A DNA stretch of 32,000 nt, from positions 1-32,000 of the forward strand of contig JACPWU010000035.1 in NCBI GenBank assembly GCA_016196885.1, given 5' to 3'. The DNA comes from Chlamydiota bacterium (GTDB taxonomy: Bacteria > Auribacterota > JACPWU01). Both the position numbers and the translations under genes were made by a program. The notes under the pieces were generated by a model that searched no databases, was not told the origin of the DNA, and worked only from the letters and a program-made list of their open reading frames with translations. Positions 13,406-21,208 of the stretch are shown here, piece after piece. How positions within the stretch are numbered: the stretch's first letter is position 1; every line of letters begins with the position of its first letter.

Positions 13406-14783
13406 AATTTTTTAGAAGGCTCTCATCAATGTATCCGACTGAGTTTCTGAAATAGGCAAGTCTAAAGTCTAGACTTCTGGCCGCCTGATAGATTTCTTCT
13501 GCTTGATGCGCTTGAACCTTTCCGATGCTGCAGGTGTTGGACCGACCTATGGCGGTTAAGACCATGGTCTCAGCCAGGCACCCTAAAGCTTCGTTTCGAT
13601 TCAGATCAAAGTCAAAGTGACAGTCCACACCCGGCGTTTCTACAATCGCGGATTCGATCACAATGATATCGTTTCTTTTCTTTGGAACTTCGTCAGAGAC
13701 ATTCTTGGGCTGGGCACAGTCTATGACGATTGCCCCTGGCTTAAAATGTTCAGCGTGCACAATAGCCCCAGGAGCGTTGGTGACGACGATTACAATGTCT
13801 GAGCCCGCTATTCCAGAAAGGTTTCCTGAAGTTTCAATTTCGCAAGGAGCATCTTGGATAGAATCGATCAGCTCTTTCAATGCCTTTTGATTGATGTCTA
13901 TTAGTTTGAGTTTTTTGACTTTTCTCGCCAGGACTTGGACACAGCCTGTTCCTACTGAGCCCGCAGCCCCAATGACAGCAAGGGTCGAGTTTTCCAGTTT
14001 TAATCCAATCAAGGCAGCTGCCTTGACCACATTTTGTACGGCTACGGCGGCCGATAAGGGATTGCCCGTCGTTACCCCAATCTGAACTTTATCAACCACA
14101 TCTTTTCCATCATGGGTGACAATAGAGGTAAAGGCCCCCAGCCCTACAGTTCTGACCCCTATTCTTTGCGCAAGTTTTACCGTTTCTAAGACACGGTGAC
14201 TGGCCATTTTTCTGTCTTTGAGCATTTGAATCGTCCACAGAGGTGAGCCGATGAACCAGCCGTTTACGGCTTTTCCCGTTTTGTCTTTTAAGCCTGTGAT
14301 CTTCGACGCGATAAACGGTTTTTGATGATAAAACCATTTTTGTACCCATGTCTCTTTCATCCATTTGGCAAAGGGAAACATTCGATATACGTCCCGATGA
14401 TCTCTCGGATGCCCAATAAAAGCAAAGGCGCCTTTACCAACCAAAAACCGTCCGATTTTTTCTGGAAGAAGAGGGATGAGACTGTCGCGAAGTGCAGTTA
14501 GAATGCTTAGCATGCCTTGATGAAGTCTGGATCTTTCAGGTTGGAAAGAGGGGCCTCTTGATCTGCGCGCTTCACGACGACGATCCGCTTTTTTCCTTCT
14601 GTCATGTTGAGTAGATGAGCTCCATACACGGCGATTTTTTTCTCTTCGATCTTGTTTTGATGCTCTGCGATAGATCGGGAATTCGTCCGGTATAGTTACC
14701 GACTGGATTGGTGCTTGATCAAGAAGAGAGCAAGCGCTTGTTGATGTTTTAGGTAAGTTATTTATGACAAAAGAAAGTTCCAC
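13368..14783 (-). CDS. COG5322-type NAD(P)-dependent oxidoreductase resembling cyanobacterial acyl-ACP reductase (AAR), with possible Arg-rich N-terminal extension
   Basis: FAFIGHPRD, GLGAFTSIV, VTTGNPLSA, Rossmann motif LAVIGAAGSVGTGC, IVIDCAQPKN and GCLAETMVLT match, from memory, the AAR motifs LIGHLTS, LGGFTSI, TTGN, VVGATGDIGS, DGGYPKN and CFAEAML (catalytic Cys position conserved). The GTG start at 14783 is uncertain; ATG 14513 would remove the Arg-rich segment. Confidence 0.75.
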   Translation of the reverse strand: MELSFVINNLPKTSTSACSLLDQAPIQSVTIPDEFPIYRRASKQDRREKNRRVWSSSTQHDRRKKADRRREARRSRGPSFQPERSRLHQGMLSILTALRDSLIPLLPEKIGRFLVGKGAFAFIGHPRDHRDVYRMFPFAKWMKETWVQKWFYHQKPFIASKITGLKDKTGKAVNGWFIGSPLWTIQMLKDRKMASHRVLETVKLAQRIGVRTVGLGAFTSIVTHDGKDVVDKVQIGVTTGNPLSAAVAVQNVVKAAALIGLKLENSTLAVIGAAGSVGTGCVQVLARKVKKLKLIDINQKALKELIDSIQDAPCEIETSGNLSGIAGSDIVIVVTNAPGAIVHAEHFKPGAIVIDCAQPKNVSDEVPKKRNDIIVIESAIVETPGVDCHFDFDLNRNEALGCLAETMVLTAIGRSNTCSIGKVQAHQAEEIYQAARSLDFRLAYFRNSVGYIDESLLKNCAEIIAEKERKN

Positions 14784-14873
14784 GGCTGAAGCCCCCCCGG
14801 TGCCCCCTCAGTCCGTTTACGCCAAATATATCAACGCTCGTTTACCAGGACCATTATATGATAAAATAGGATT

Positions 14874-15080
14874 ATGAGAAACCTGAAAAAATTAAAGTCT
14901 GATACAATGGAAGACACGCTTGCCCTTTCTCCCCAAGAAAGGGTTCGGCTGGCAGAATCCCTTTATCAGGAAATAGTACACATTCAAAAGAAACGCTTTA
15001 AACCCTTCGTTAAATCCTTCTCGAGTTTTGAAGAATATGAAAAATGGAAGGCCCGACAAAAGGATCCTTGGCTATGGTGA
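14874..15080 (+). CDS. Small protein (68 aa) coupled to the downstream nucleotidyltransferase; putative antitoxin-like partner
   Basis: Its stop overlaps the downstream start in ATGGTGA (15074-15080). Helical, charged sequence. Weak resemblance to the small ORF of the second module (ERxRLxE; SF..EEY/DEF). No family recognised. Confidence 0.5.
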   Translation: MRNLKKLKSDTMEDTLALSPQERVRLAESLYQEIVHIQKKRFKPFVKSFSSFEEYEKWKARQKDPWLW

Positions 15081-15535
15081 AGTCTAGTTTGGCACGGGTA
15101 TGTGCCCTTTTAAATCGTTATCGAGTTCGATACTTGGTGATCGGAGCCCAGGCAGGGATTCTCTATGGCCTTGTGAGAAGCACGCATGATATTGATATTT
15201 TCCTTTTGAAGACAGCCGCCAATATTCAGAAAGCCCTCACAGCCCTTTCCTATTTGCCTCTGCAAATTGCAAAGGAATTAGACGCCGACGAAGTCTTAAA
15301 AAAACCGATTACCATTGTCGGAGACCAGCCTCGTGTGGACCTTTTAACCGCCCTCAGACAAGTTCAGTTTCACGATGCATGGAAGAAGAAAAAAGTGGTG
15401 AAGATTGACGGCATCCAAATCCCTCACTTGTCTTTAGAGGATCTCATCATTAGCAAAGACACAGACCGCCTTCAAGACCAGGCGGACTATGAAAAATTGA
15501 TACGACTTAGAGAATCCTTTAAAAATGTGATATAA
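15074..15535 (+). CDS. Minimal nucleotidyltransferase-fold protein (Pol-beta superfamily, mini AbiEii-like), module 1
   Basis: Start moved to ATG 15074 (7-nt overlap with the upstream stop). IGAQAGILYGLVRSTHDIDIF fits hG[GS]-x(9-13)-Dh[DE]h. C-terminal IPHLSLEDLIISKDTDRLQDQADYEKL resembles the E-D-L-I-x-x-K...R-x-K-D-x-x-D tail of AbiEii-type NTases. Paralog at 30579..31049. Confidence 0.7.
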   Translation: MVKSSLARVCALLNRYRVRYLVIGAQAGILYGLVRSTHDIDIFLLKTAANIQKALTALSYLPLQIAKELDADEVLKKPITIVGDQPRVDLLTALRQVQFHDAWKKKKVVKIDGIQIPHLSLEDLIISKDTDRLQDQADYEKLIRLRESFKNVI

Positions 15536-15536
15536 T
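15528..15536 (+). promoter_or_regulatory. Extended -10 element TGaTATAAT upstream of P6
   Basis: TGATATAAT at 15528-15536 overlaps the stop of the NTase gene. AAAGGA SD at 15551-15556, ATG at 15567. Confidence 0.35.
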
Positions 15537-15566
15537 ATCTCTTGTAAGACAAAAGGATCTGCCTCT

Positions 15567-16943
15567 ATGAGAATGACAAAAATGATCGGCAGTTTCGTTT
15601 GTTTCACCTTTCTTCTATCCTCCTTGTCTCTTCTGGCAGAGTATGTTCCTGTAAATTCTTTCAATGATCCTCAAGGGCGCTTCAGCTTACAGTTGGGCCC
15701 CCATTGGCTGATGCTTCCCATGCAGGCCCAAGGCGAGCTTGGCCATTACGCCTATGCCCAAAATGGGATTGTGGCGGCAGAGCTCAGCATTGCCTCTGAG
15801 ACTTTGCCCATGATGCTCACGGCCGCTCAATACGCACAAGCAGTCGAAGAAAATACGCTGAAAAGTCTCCCTCAATATCAAAAAATTCAGGCCGGTCCTT
15901 TTAATTTGTCTGGGCTTGAGGGTTATTATTATCAATTCAGCATGCTGAAGGACACCCAGATGGGGTCCCAGCCCATGATCGCCGAACAATATTTTTGGAC
16001 GACAGGAACGACAGGATTCATGATTACATTCATGGTGCTCACCCCACAGGCCCATGCGCTTAAGCCCGCGCTCGATCAGGTGATTCAAAGCCTGCAATGG
16101 GGAGGCGCCACACAAATGCCCATGCAAAATCCTCAGAATCCTCAAACGATGGACCTGAATGCGCTCTATCAACAATACCAGCAGCAACAGCAGCAAATGA
16201 TGCAGCAATACATGCAGATGTATGCACAACAGAATCCAAACATGACAAACAATCCTTATGGGCAAAACACGATGCCGTCAGGAGACCTGAGCGCGCTTGT
16301 TCAACAACAAATGCAATTGGCCCAGTTGAAACCGCCCAGTGTGCCTATGAATCCTCAAAACCAAATGCTCATGAATCCGCAAAATATTCAGAGCTACCCT
16401 ACCGTCAATTCGGGCAATGTACAAGCTCCTGTGACGGCTAACAACCCTTTTCTTTCTCCCTCTCAAAACGCACCCTCGACCCCAAATGTCTATGCACCCC
16501 TTCAAACTCCGGCCCCTCCAAATCAGGGAAATGAGATTTCACTTCAAAGCTACGAGGACCCTCAAGGCCGATTCTCGATTTTGATTCCTCAAGGTTTTAC
16601 ACCCTTCCCCTCCCCCGCAGTCACATTTCAAGGACCCCAAGGGGAAGTGCTTAACATTGCAGAAGTTCCAGGCATGACGGATGAATTGATAAACACCGTG
16701 CTCGCAGGAAAGGAAATTCAAGCGAAGGAAGAAATTCAAGTCCGCTCAGGCACTCAAAATGTTGCCGCCACAAAAGTTCTTTTCATGGCAAAAAATCCTC
16801 AAACGGGACAATCCTTTGTCACCGCCGCTCTTTTCATTAAAGAGAAAAATATTTTCCTCAGCTTCACAGTTCCTCAAAATTTATCAGAGCAAGAAAGGAA
16901 TATGATGCAAAAGGTCCTAGCCAGTTTTGAAATGAAGGGGTAA
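15567..16943 (+). CDS. Exported paralog P6: two modules separated by an about 145-aa Q/N/M/P-rich (prion-like composition) linker
   Basis: Signal peptide MRMTKMIGSFVCFTFLLSSLSLLAE. Module 1 is FNDPQGRFSLQLGPHW (nt 15660-). Module 2 is YEDPQGRFSILIPQGF (nt 16551-). The linker (nt 16101-16532) includes YQQYQQQQQQMMQQYMQMYAQQNPNMTNNPYGQN. Confidence 0.85.
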   Translation: MRMTKMIGSFVCFTFLLSSLSLLAEYVPVNSFNDPQGRFSLQLGPHWLMLPMQAQGELGHYAYAQNGIVAAELSIASETLPMMLTAAQYAQAVEENTLKSLPQYQKIQAGPFNLSGLEGYYYQFSMLKDTQMGSQPMIAEQYFWTTGTTGFMITFMVLTPQAHALKPALDQVIQSLQWGGATQMPMQNPQNPQTMDLNALYQQYQQQQQQMMQQYMQMYAQQNPNMTNNPYGQNTMPSGDLSALVQQQMQLAQLKPPSVPMNPQNQMLMNPQNIQSYPTVNSGNVQAPVTANNPFLSPSQNAPSTPNVYAPLQTPAPPNQGNEISLQSYEDPQGRFSILIPQGFTPFPSPAVTFQGPQGEVLNIAEVPGMTDELINTVLAGKEIQAKEEIQVRSGTQNVAATKVLFMAKNPQTGQSFVTAALFIKEKNIFLSFTVPQNLSEQERNMMQKVLASFEMKG

Positions 16944-16962
16944 TGATGCATCCAAAAAAATT

Positions 16963-18564
16963 TCAGGCAATACGCATTGGAAGAGGTGAGGCGATTTTTG
17001 TCCTCTCTTCACTGCCTATCTCTTTTAATTTTTTTGGAATGATTTTCAGCAAATCAGATGCGAGCAATCCACGTTCGATGTTCATTTCCTGAACCGCTTC
17101 ATCTCCACTGGCCCCATGAAGGTAAACCCCCAGCTTAGCTGCTTCCAAGGGATCCATGCGCTGGGCTAGAAATCCACCGATCATCCCCGCTAAAATGTCT
17201 CCCATCCCACCCGTGGCCATTGCCCAATGACCTGTCACGTTCATCCAAAGGGCTCCGTCTACGGATGCAATCACAGTGCCCGCCCCCTTTAAAACGCAAA
17301 TGGTATTGCATTCCTTCGCCAGACATTTTGCACTTTCCCAACGGGAAGATTGAATTTCATTTGTCGAGCAACCCAAAAGACGGCTCATTTCCCCGGGATG
17401 GGGAGTGACAATCACAGGGGCCTTTATCTTTTTCAGGATAGACATCTCTTTTGAGAGTGCATTCAAACCGTCTGCATCCACCACCACGGGAATTTCCACT
17501 TGGGGAAGCAAATGATGGATCAAAGAAGCCGTTTCTTCATCCAGAGAAAGTCCGGGTCCAATGACAAGGGCCGTGGCCTTCTTGAGAAAATTTAAAATAG
17601 AATCAAGCGCCTTCAAGCCTAGAAAGCCTGGTTTTCCTTCGGGCAAAGGCAAGGTCATCGGCTCTGTTAACTTCATTTCAAAAATGGGATTGAGACTCTG
17701 AGGGACTCCCACCGTGACAAGGCCGGCTCCCACCCGAAGCGCGGAAAGCGCACTGAGGCAGGCGGCCCCTGTAAATCCAGGAGAGCCGCCTAAAATCAAA
17801 ACATGACCGTAATCCCCCTTATGGGACACCCTCTTTCTCCGCGGAGGAAAATGTAAATCTTGAGGCGTGAGTAAAAAATCCTGCGTTTTCAATTCCTTTA
17901 AAATTTCTGGAGAAATGCCCAAATCCACCACGTGAAGGGAACCGATATATTCCAAGGCCTCTTGAGTCAAGAGCCCATATTTGGGAAGACCCAAAGTGAT
18001 CGTGTGATCCGCTCGAACACAAGGCCCTTCCCTCACGCCTTTGTCGGGATCTAAGCCGGTCGGGATATCCATGGCAATCACAGATGAAAAAGAACTTGAA
18101 TTAATCCACTCTACTGCTTCTAAAAAAAGCCCCTCCAAAGGCCCTTTGGATCCCGTGCCCAAAATTCCATCCACTGCGATGGAAGTATCCCCAAGATCCG
18201 AGACAGCCTTGAGCAAATCCTCATGCGATTTGATCTCTGTCAATGCTGCCCCGCGAGATTTTAATTTCTTGAGCGTTTCCTTTGCAGCGCCTTTGATCTC
18301 ATCCAAAGGGGCCAAAACAAGCGTTTGGGTTTTTACTTCGTTTTCTTCCAAAATCCGAGCCGCCACAAAGGCGTCTCCTCCATTTTGACCCTTGCCCGCA
18401 AAGAGAACCCCTTTGCGAGGCCAAGAATTTTTCTGAAAGAGACTTGAGACGAATTGGGCAACACCCCCTCCCGCCTTTTCCATCAGACTCAAGGCGCTCT
18501 CCCCCCCTTCACGCGTCATGCGCTCGTCTATGGATCTCATCTGAGAGGAGGTGACGATTTTCAT
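16963..18564 (-). CDS. nnr: Bifunctional NAD(P)H-hydrate repair enzyme (YjeF_N epimerase + ADP-dependent dehydratase)
   Basis: 533 aa. N-terminal half has SSQMRSIDE...GKGQNGGDAFVAAR. C-terminal carbohydrate-kinase half has KGDYGHVLILGGS...TPHPGE...GGMGDILAG. 4-nt overlap with acpS. Confidence 0.9.
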   Translation of the reverse strand: MKIVTSSQMRSIDERMTREGGESALSLMEKAGGGVAQFVSSLFQKNSWPRKGVLFAGKGQNGGDAFVAARILEENEVKTQTLVLAPLDEIKGAAKETLKKLKSRGAALTEIKSHEDLLKAVSDLGDTSIAVDGILGTGSKGPLEGLFLEAVEWINSSSFSSVIAMDIPTGLDPDKGVREGPCVRADHTITLGLPKYGLLTQEALEYIGSLHVVDLGISPEILKELKTQDFLLTPQDLHFPPRRKRVSHKGDYGHVLILGGSPGFTGAACLSALSALRVGAGLVTVGVPQSLNPIFEMKLTEPMTLPLPEGKPGFLGLKALDSILNFLKKATALVIGPGLSLDEETASLIHHLLPQVEIPVVVDADGLNALSKEMSILKKIKAPVIVTPHPGEMSRLLGCSTNEIQSSRWESAKCLAKECNTICVLKGAGTVIASVDGALWMNVTGHWAMATGGMGDILAGMIGGFLAQRMDPLEAAKLGVYLHGASGDEAVQEMNIERGLLASDLLKIIPKKLKEIGSEERTKIASPLPMRIA

Positions 18565-18953
18565 ACAGATCTCTTTTTCATTTGTCCCAGCACCATCACC
18601 TCTGCAGCCGCATGATGATCAGAATGAGAAAGGCTGGCCTTTATGTCTTCGATCAACCAATTTCTCTTTTTAGAAAGTAGGTGCGGACTTAAAGAAATTT
18701 TAGGATGTCCAGAGTCGTGAGAAAGAACTTCAATCTTCTTCATCTCGCCTCTTCCCCTCAGATCCAATGCCCTAAAAACCGCTTTTTTACAGGCCAAGCG
18801 AGCACTGTAATGAGGAATGGGATTGCGCTTCTTCTTGCAATAATTTCTTTCACGAAGTGTAAAATTCTCCGAGAAAAACTTTTTGTTCCGCTCCACCTCC
18901 AGGGTCCACCGACGCTGATCAACAATTTCTAACCCCACTCCTAAGATTTCCAT
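18561..18953 (-). CDS. acpS: Holo-[acyl-carrier-protein] synthase
   Basis: 130 aa. ILGVGLEIVD N-terminus, FTLRERNYC, ARLACKKAVFRAL, SLSHSDHHAAAEVMV. Located immediately after pdxJ, as in many bacteria. Confidence 0.85.
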   Translation of the reverse strand: MEILGVGLEIVDQRRWTLEVERNKKFFSENFTLRERNYCKKKRNPIPHYSARLACKKAVFRALDLRGRGEMKKIEVLSHDSGHPKISLSPHLLSKKRNWLIEDIKASLSHSDHHAAAEVMVLGQMKKRSV

Positions 18954-18955
18954 GT

Positions 18956-19684
18956 TTAATCCGAATCCTTGCCTTTCATCAAGGCCAACATCTCTTTCAC
19001 AGCCCTTTCCAAACCGACAAAAATGGCTCGGGAGACGATGGCGTGACCAATGTTCACTTCTTCCAAATAAGGCATTTTCAAAATCGGCAGAATGTTTAAA
19101 TAATGAAGCCCATGCCCCGCATGAACGACTAAACCATATTGATGGGCCAATTGCGCCGATCGAAAAAGAAGTTTCAAAGCTTCCTCTTGTTTTTTGGGGG
19201 TGGCCGCGTTTGCATAATTTCCGGTGTGAAATTCTACAAATTGGGCACCGGCCTCCTGAGAGACCTCCACTTGATGAAGATTTGGCTCAATAAAAAGACC
19301 CGCAGCAATACCGACTGCCTGAAGTTTCTTTAAAGTGGTTTGGAGAGAATTTTTGTGACGCTCCACATCCAATCCCCCTTCCGTGGTCAGTTCCTCTCTT
19401 TTTTCAGGAACCAAGGTCACCTGATCCGGCTTGATCTGAAGGGCGATTTTGAGAATGGAAGGAATAGAAGCCATTTCTAGATTCAATCTAGACCGAACCG
19501 TTTTTTTTAAAATTTCTAGATCCCTGTCCTGAATATGCCGTCTGTCTTCCCTCAAATGAACGGTGATGTTGTGCGCCCCAGAGAGTTCACACACCGCCGC
19601 AGCCCAGACAGGATCTGGTTCACGCGCCTCCCGCACCTGACGTAAAGTTGAAACGTGATCGATGTTGACACCGAGATGGATCAT
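18956..19684 (-). CDS. pdxJ: Pyridoxine 5-phosphate synthase
   Basis: 242 aa. LGVNIDHVSTLRQVR...EPDPV...GAHNITVHLREDRRHIQDRD...HAGHGL. Confidence 0.93.
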   Translation of the reverse strand: MIHLGVNIDHVSTLRQVREAREPDPVWAAAVCELSGAHNITVHLREDRRHIQDRDLEILKKTVRSRLNLEMASIPSILKIALQIKPDQVTLVPEKREELTTEGGLDVERHKNSLQTTLKKLQAVGIAAGLFIEPNLHQVEVSQEAGAQFVEFHTGNYANAATPKKQEEALKLLFRSAQLAHQYGLVVHAGHGLHYLNILPILKMPYLEEVNIGHAIVSRAIFVGLERAVKEMLALMKGKDSD

Positions 19685-19740
19685 AAAAGCCGTCGTGAGT
19701 TGTGAGTGGTGAGTTAAAATCCACGACCATCAATCAATGA

Positions 19741-21096
19741 CTATTTCTCGCCCAATTCCTGCTCAATTGCACCCGCAATATCCTGGGCAAGCTTCTGAAT
19801 TTTATCAGCATCCTCCCCCTCCACCATTACGCGGGCAATGGGTTCGGTTCCAGAATAACGTACCACGGTTCTTCCGCCATCGCCCAAAACCTCGCGGGCT
19901 GAAAGAATGGCCTTTTGAACCGCCGGGATGTTCTCCAAATTTTTCTTGTCTCGCACGCGAATATTCACAAGCGCTTGAGGAAATCTCTCCAGAATTTTTT
20001 TCAAGGAAGACAATTTCTTTTTGGATTCCACCATGATTCTTAAAACCTGTAAAGCCGTGATGAGACCGTCCCCCGTCGTTGTAAAATCCCTAAAAATAAT
20101 ATGGCCTGATTGCTCCCCACCCAAAGAGGTATCTTGCTTTAACATCTCTTCAATGACATAGCGATCCCCCACTTGGGTACGGATCATCTCACCCCCCAAA
20201 GAGCGAATCAATTTATCCAAGCCGAAATTGCTCATCACGGTCGAAATGAGAAGTTTCTTACGATGGGAATCCTTAAAAAGATCCTCGGCGCAAATGGCCA
20301 TGAGGTCATCCCCATCCACTGCCTCTCCCTTGTCATCGGAGAAAATGACACGGTCGGCGTCCCCATCCAAGGCAATCCCGACATCCGCAGCCTGAAGAAT
20401 GACTCCATCTTGCATGTTCTTAGGATAAAGGGCCCCACAATTTTCGTTGATATTGGTCCCATTGGGCTGATTGCCATAGACGAACACCCGAGCCCCGAGT
20501 TCGCGAAACACCAGGGGGGCAGCCTTGTAGGCCGCGCCATGCGCACAGTCCAAAACAATTTTTAATCCATCCAGTGTCATCCCCTTCGGAAAAGAATTTT
20601 TCACAAACTCCACATAGCGGCCCAGGGCATCATCAATGCGAAACGCCTTTCCGACATCATGGGCCGTGGGGCGAATATGGGCAATGGTCCCTTCTCGAAC
20701 CAACTGCTCAATTTCTTTCTCCAATTGCTCCGGTAATTTTAAACCCTCCTTGGAAAAAAATTTAATTCCATTGTCTTCAAAGGGATTATGACTCGCAGAA
20801 ATCACAATCCCTGCATCGGCCCGAAGACTCCGCGTCATGAAGGCAACACCCGGAGTCGGAAGAGGACCCAAGAGTAATACATCTACCCCCATCGAACAAA
20901 TCCCAGCAGCCAGGGCGCTTTCAAACATGTATCCAGAAAGCCGCGTATCCTTCCCGATCACAATGCTGTGGCGGCGGTGGTTCCTCCTAAAAACATAAGC
21001 GGCCGCCCGACCCAGCTGTAATGCGACTTCTACGGTCATGGGCTCCGTATTGGCAACACCGCGAATGCCATCTGTGCCGAAAAGTTTTAGACTCAT
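19741..21096 (-). CDS. glmM: Phosphoglucosamine mutase
   Basis: 451 aa. FGTDGIRG, active-site [28 protein letters not shown]. Confidence 0.95.
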   Translation of the reverse strand: MSLKLFGTDGIRGVANTEPMTVEVALQLGRAAAYVFRRNHRRHSIVIGKDTRLSGYMFESALAAGICSMGVDVLLLGPLPTPGVAFMTRSLRADAGIVISASHNPFEDNGIKFFSKEGLKLPEQLEKEIEQLVREGTIAHIRPTAHDVGKAFRIDDALGRYVEFVKNSFPKGMTLDGLKIVLDCAHGAAYKAAPLVFRELGARVFVYGNQPNGTNINENCGALYPKNMQDGVILQAADVGIALDGDADRVIFSDDKGEAVDGDDLMAICAEDLFKDSHRKKLLISTVMSNFGLDKLIRSLGGEMIRTQVGDRYVIEEMLKQDTSLGGEQSGHIIFRDFTTTGDGLITALQVLRIMVESKKKLSSLKKILERFPQALVNIRVRDKKNLENIPAVQKAILSAREVLGDGGRTVVRYSGTEPIARVMVEGEDADKIQKLAQDIAGAIEQELGEK

Positions 21097-21113
21097 GATA
21101 AAACCCCCCGAAA

Positions 21114-21196
21114 ATAGTCCACAGTCAACAGTCGATAGTCCATGGTTTTAAAGAAATGATTGATTTCTATGGACTATGGACCGTGGACTATGGACT
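21114..21196. repeat. TAGTCCATGG-word long hairpin element, copy 1 (cdaR-glmM intergenic)
   Basis: ATAGTCCACAGTCAACAGTCGATAGTCCATGG (21114-21145) pairs with CTATGGACTATGGACCGTGGACTATGGACT (21167-21196). Two perfect 9-bp segments (ATAGTCCAC, ATAGTCCAT) plus extra pairs. A related copy lies at 26016-26090. Confidence 0.75.
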
Positions 21197-21208
21197 CCTT
21201 TTTATCTT

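Noticed and set aside
13368-14783. Alkane-biosynthesis locus (AAR + aldehyde-deformylating oxygenase)
   Set aside because: No ferritin-like ADO gene, and no fatty-acid or wax-ester gene, lies adjacent. Only the reductase-like gene is present, so no pathway claim is made.
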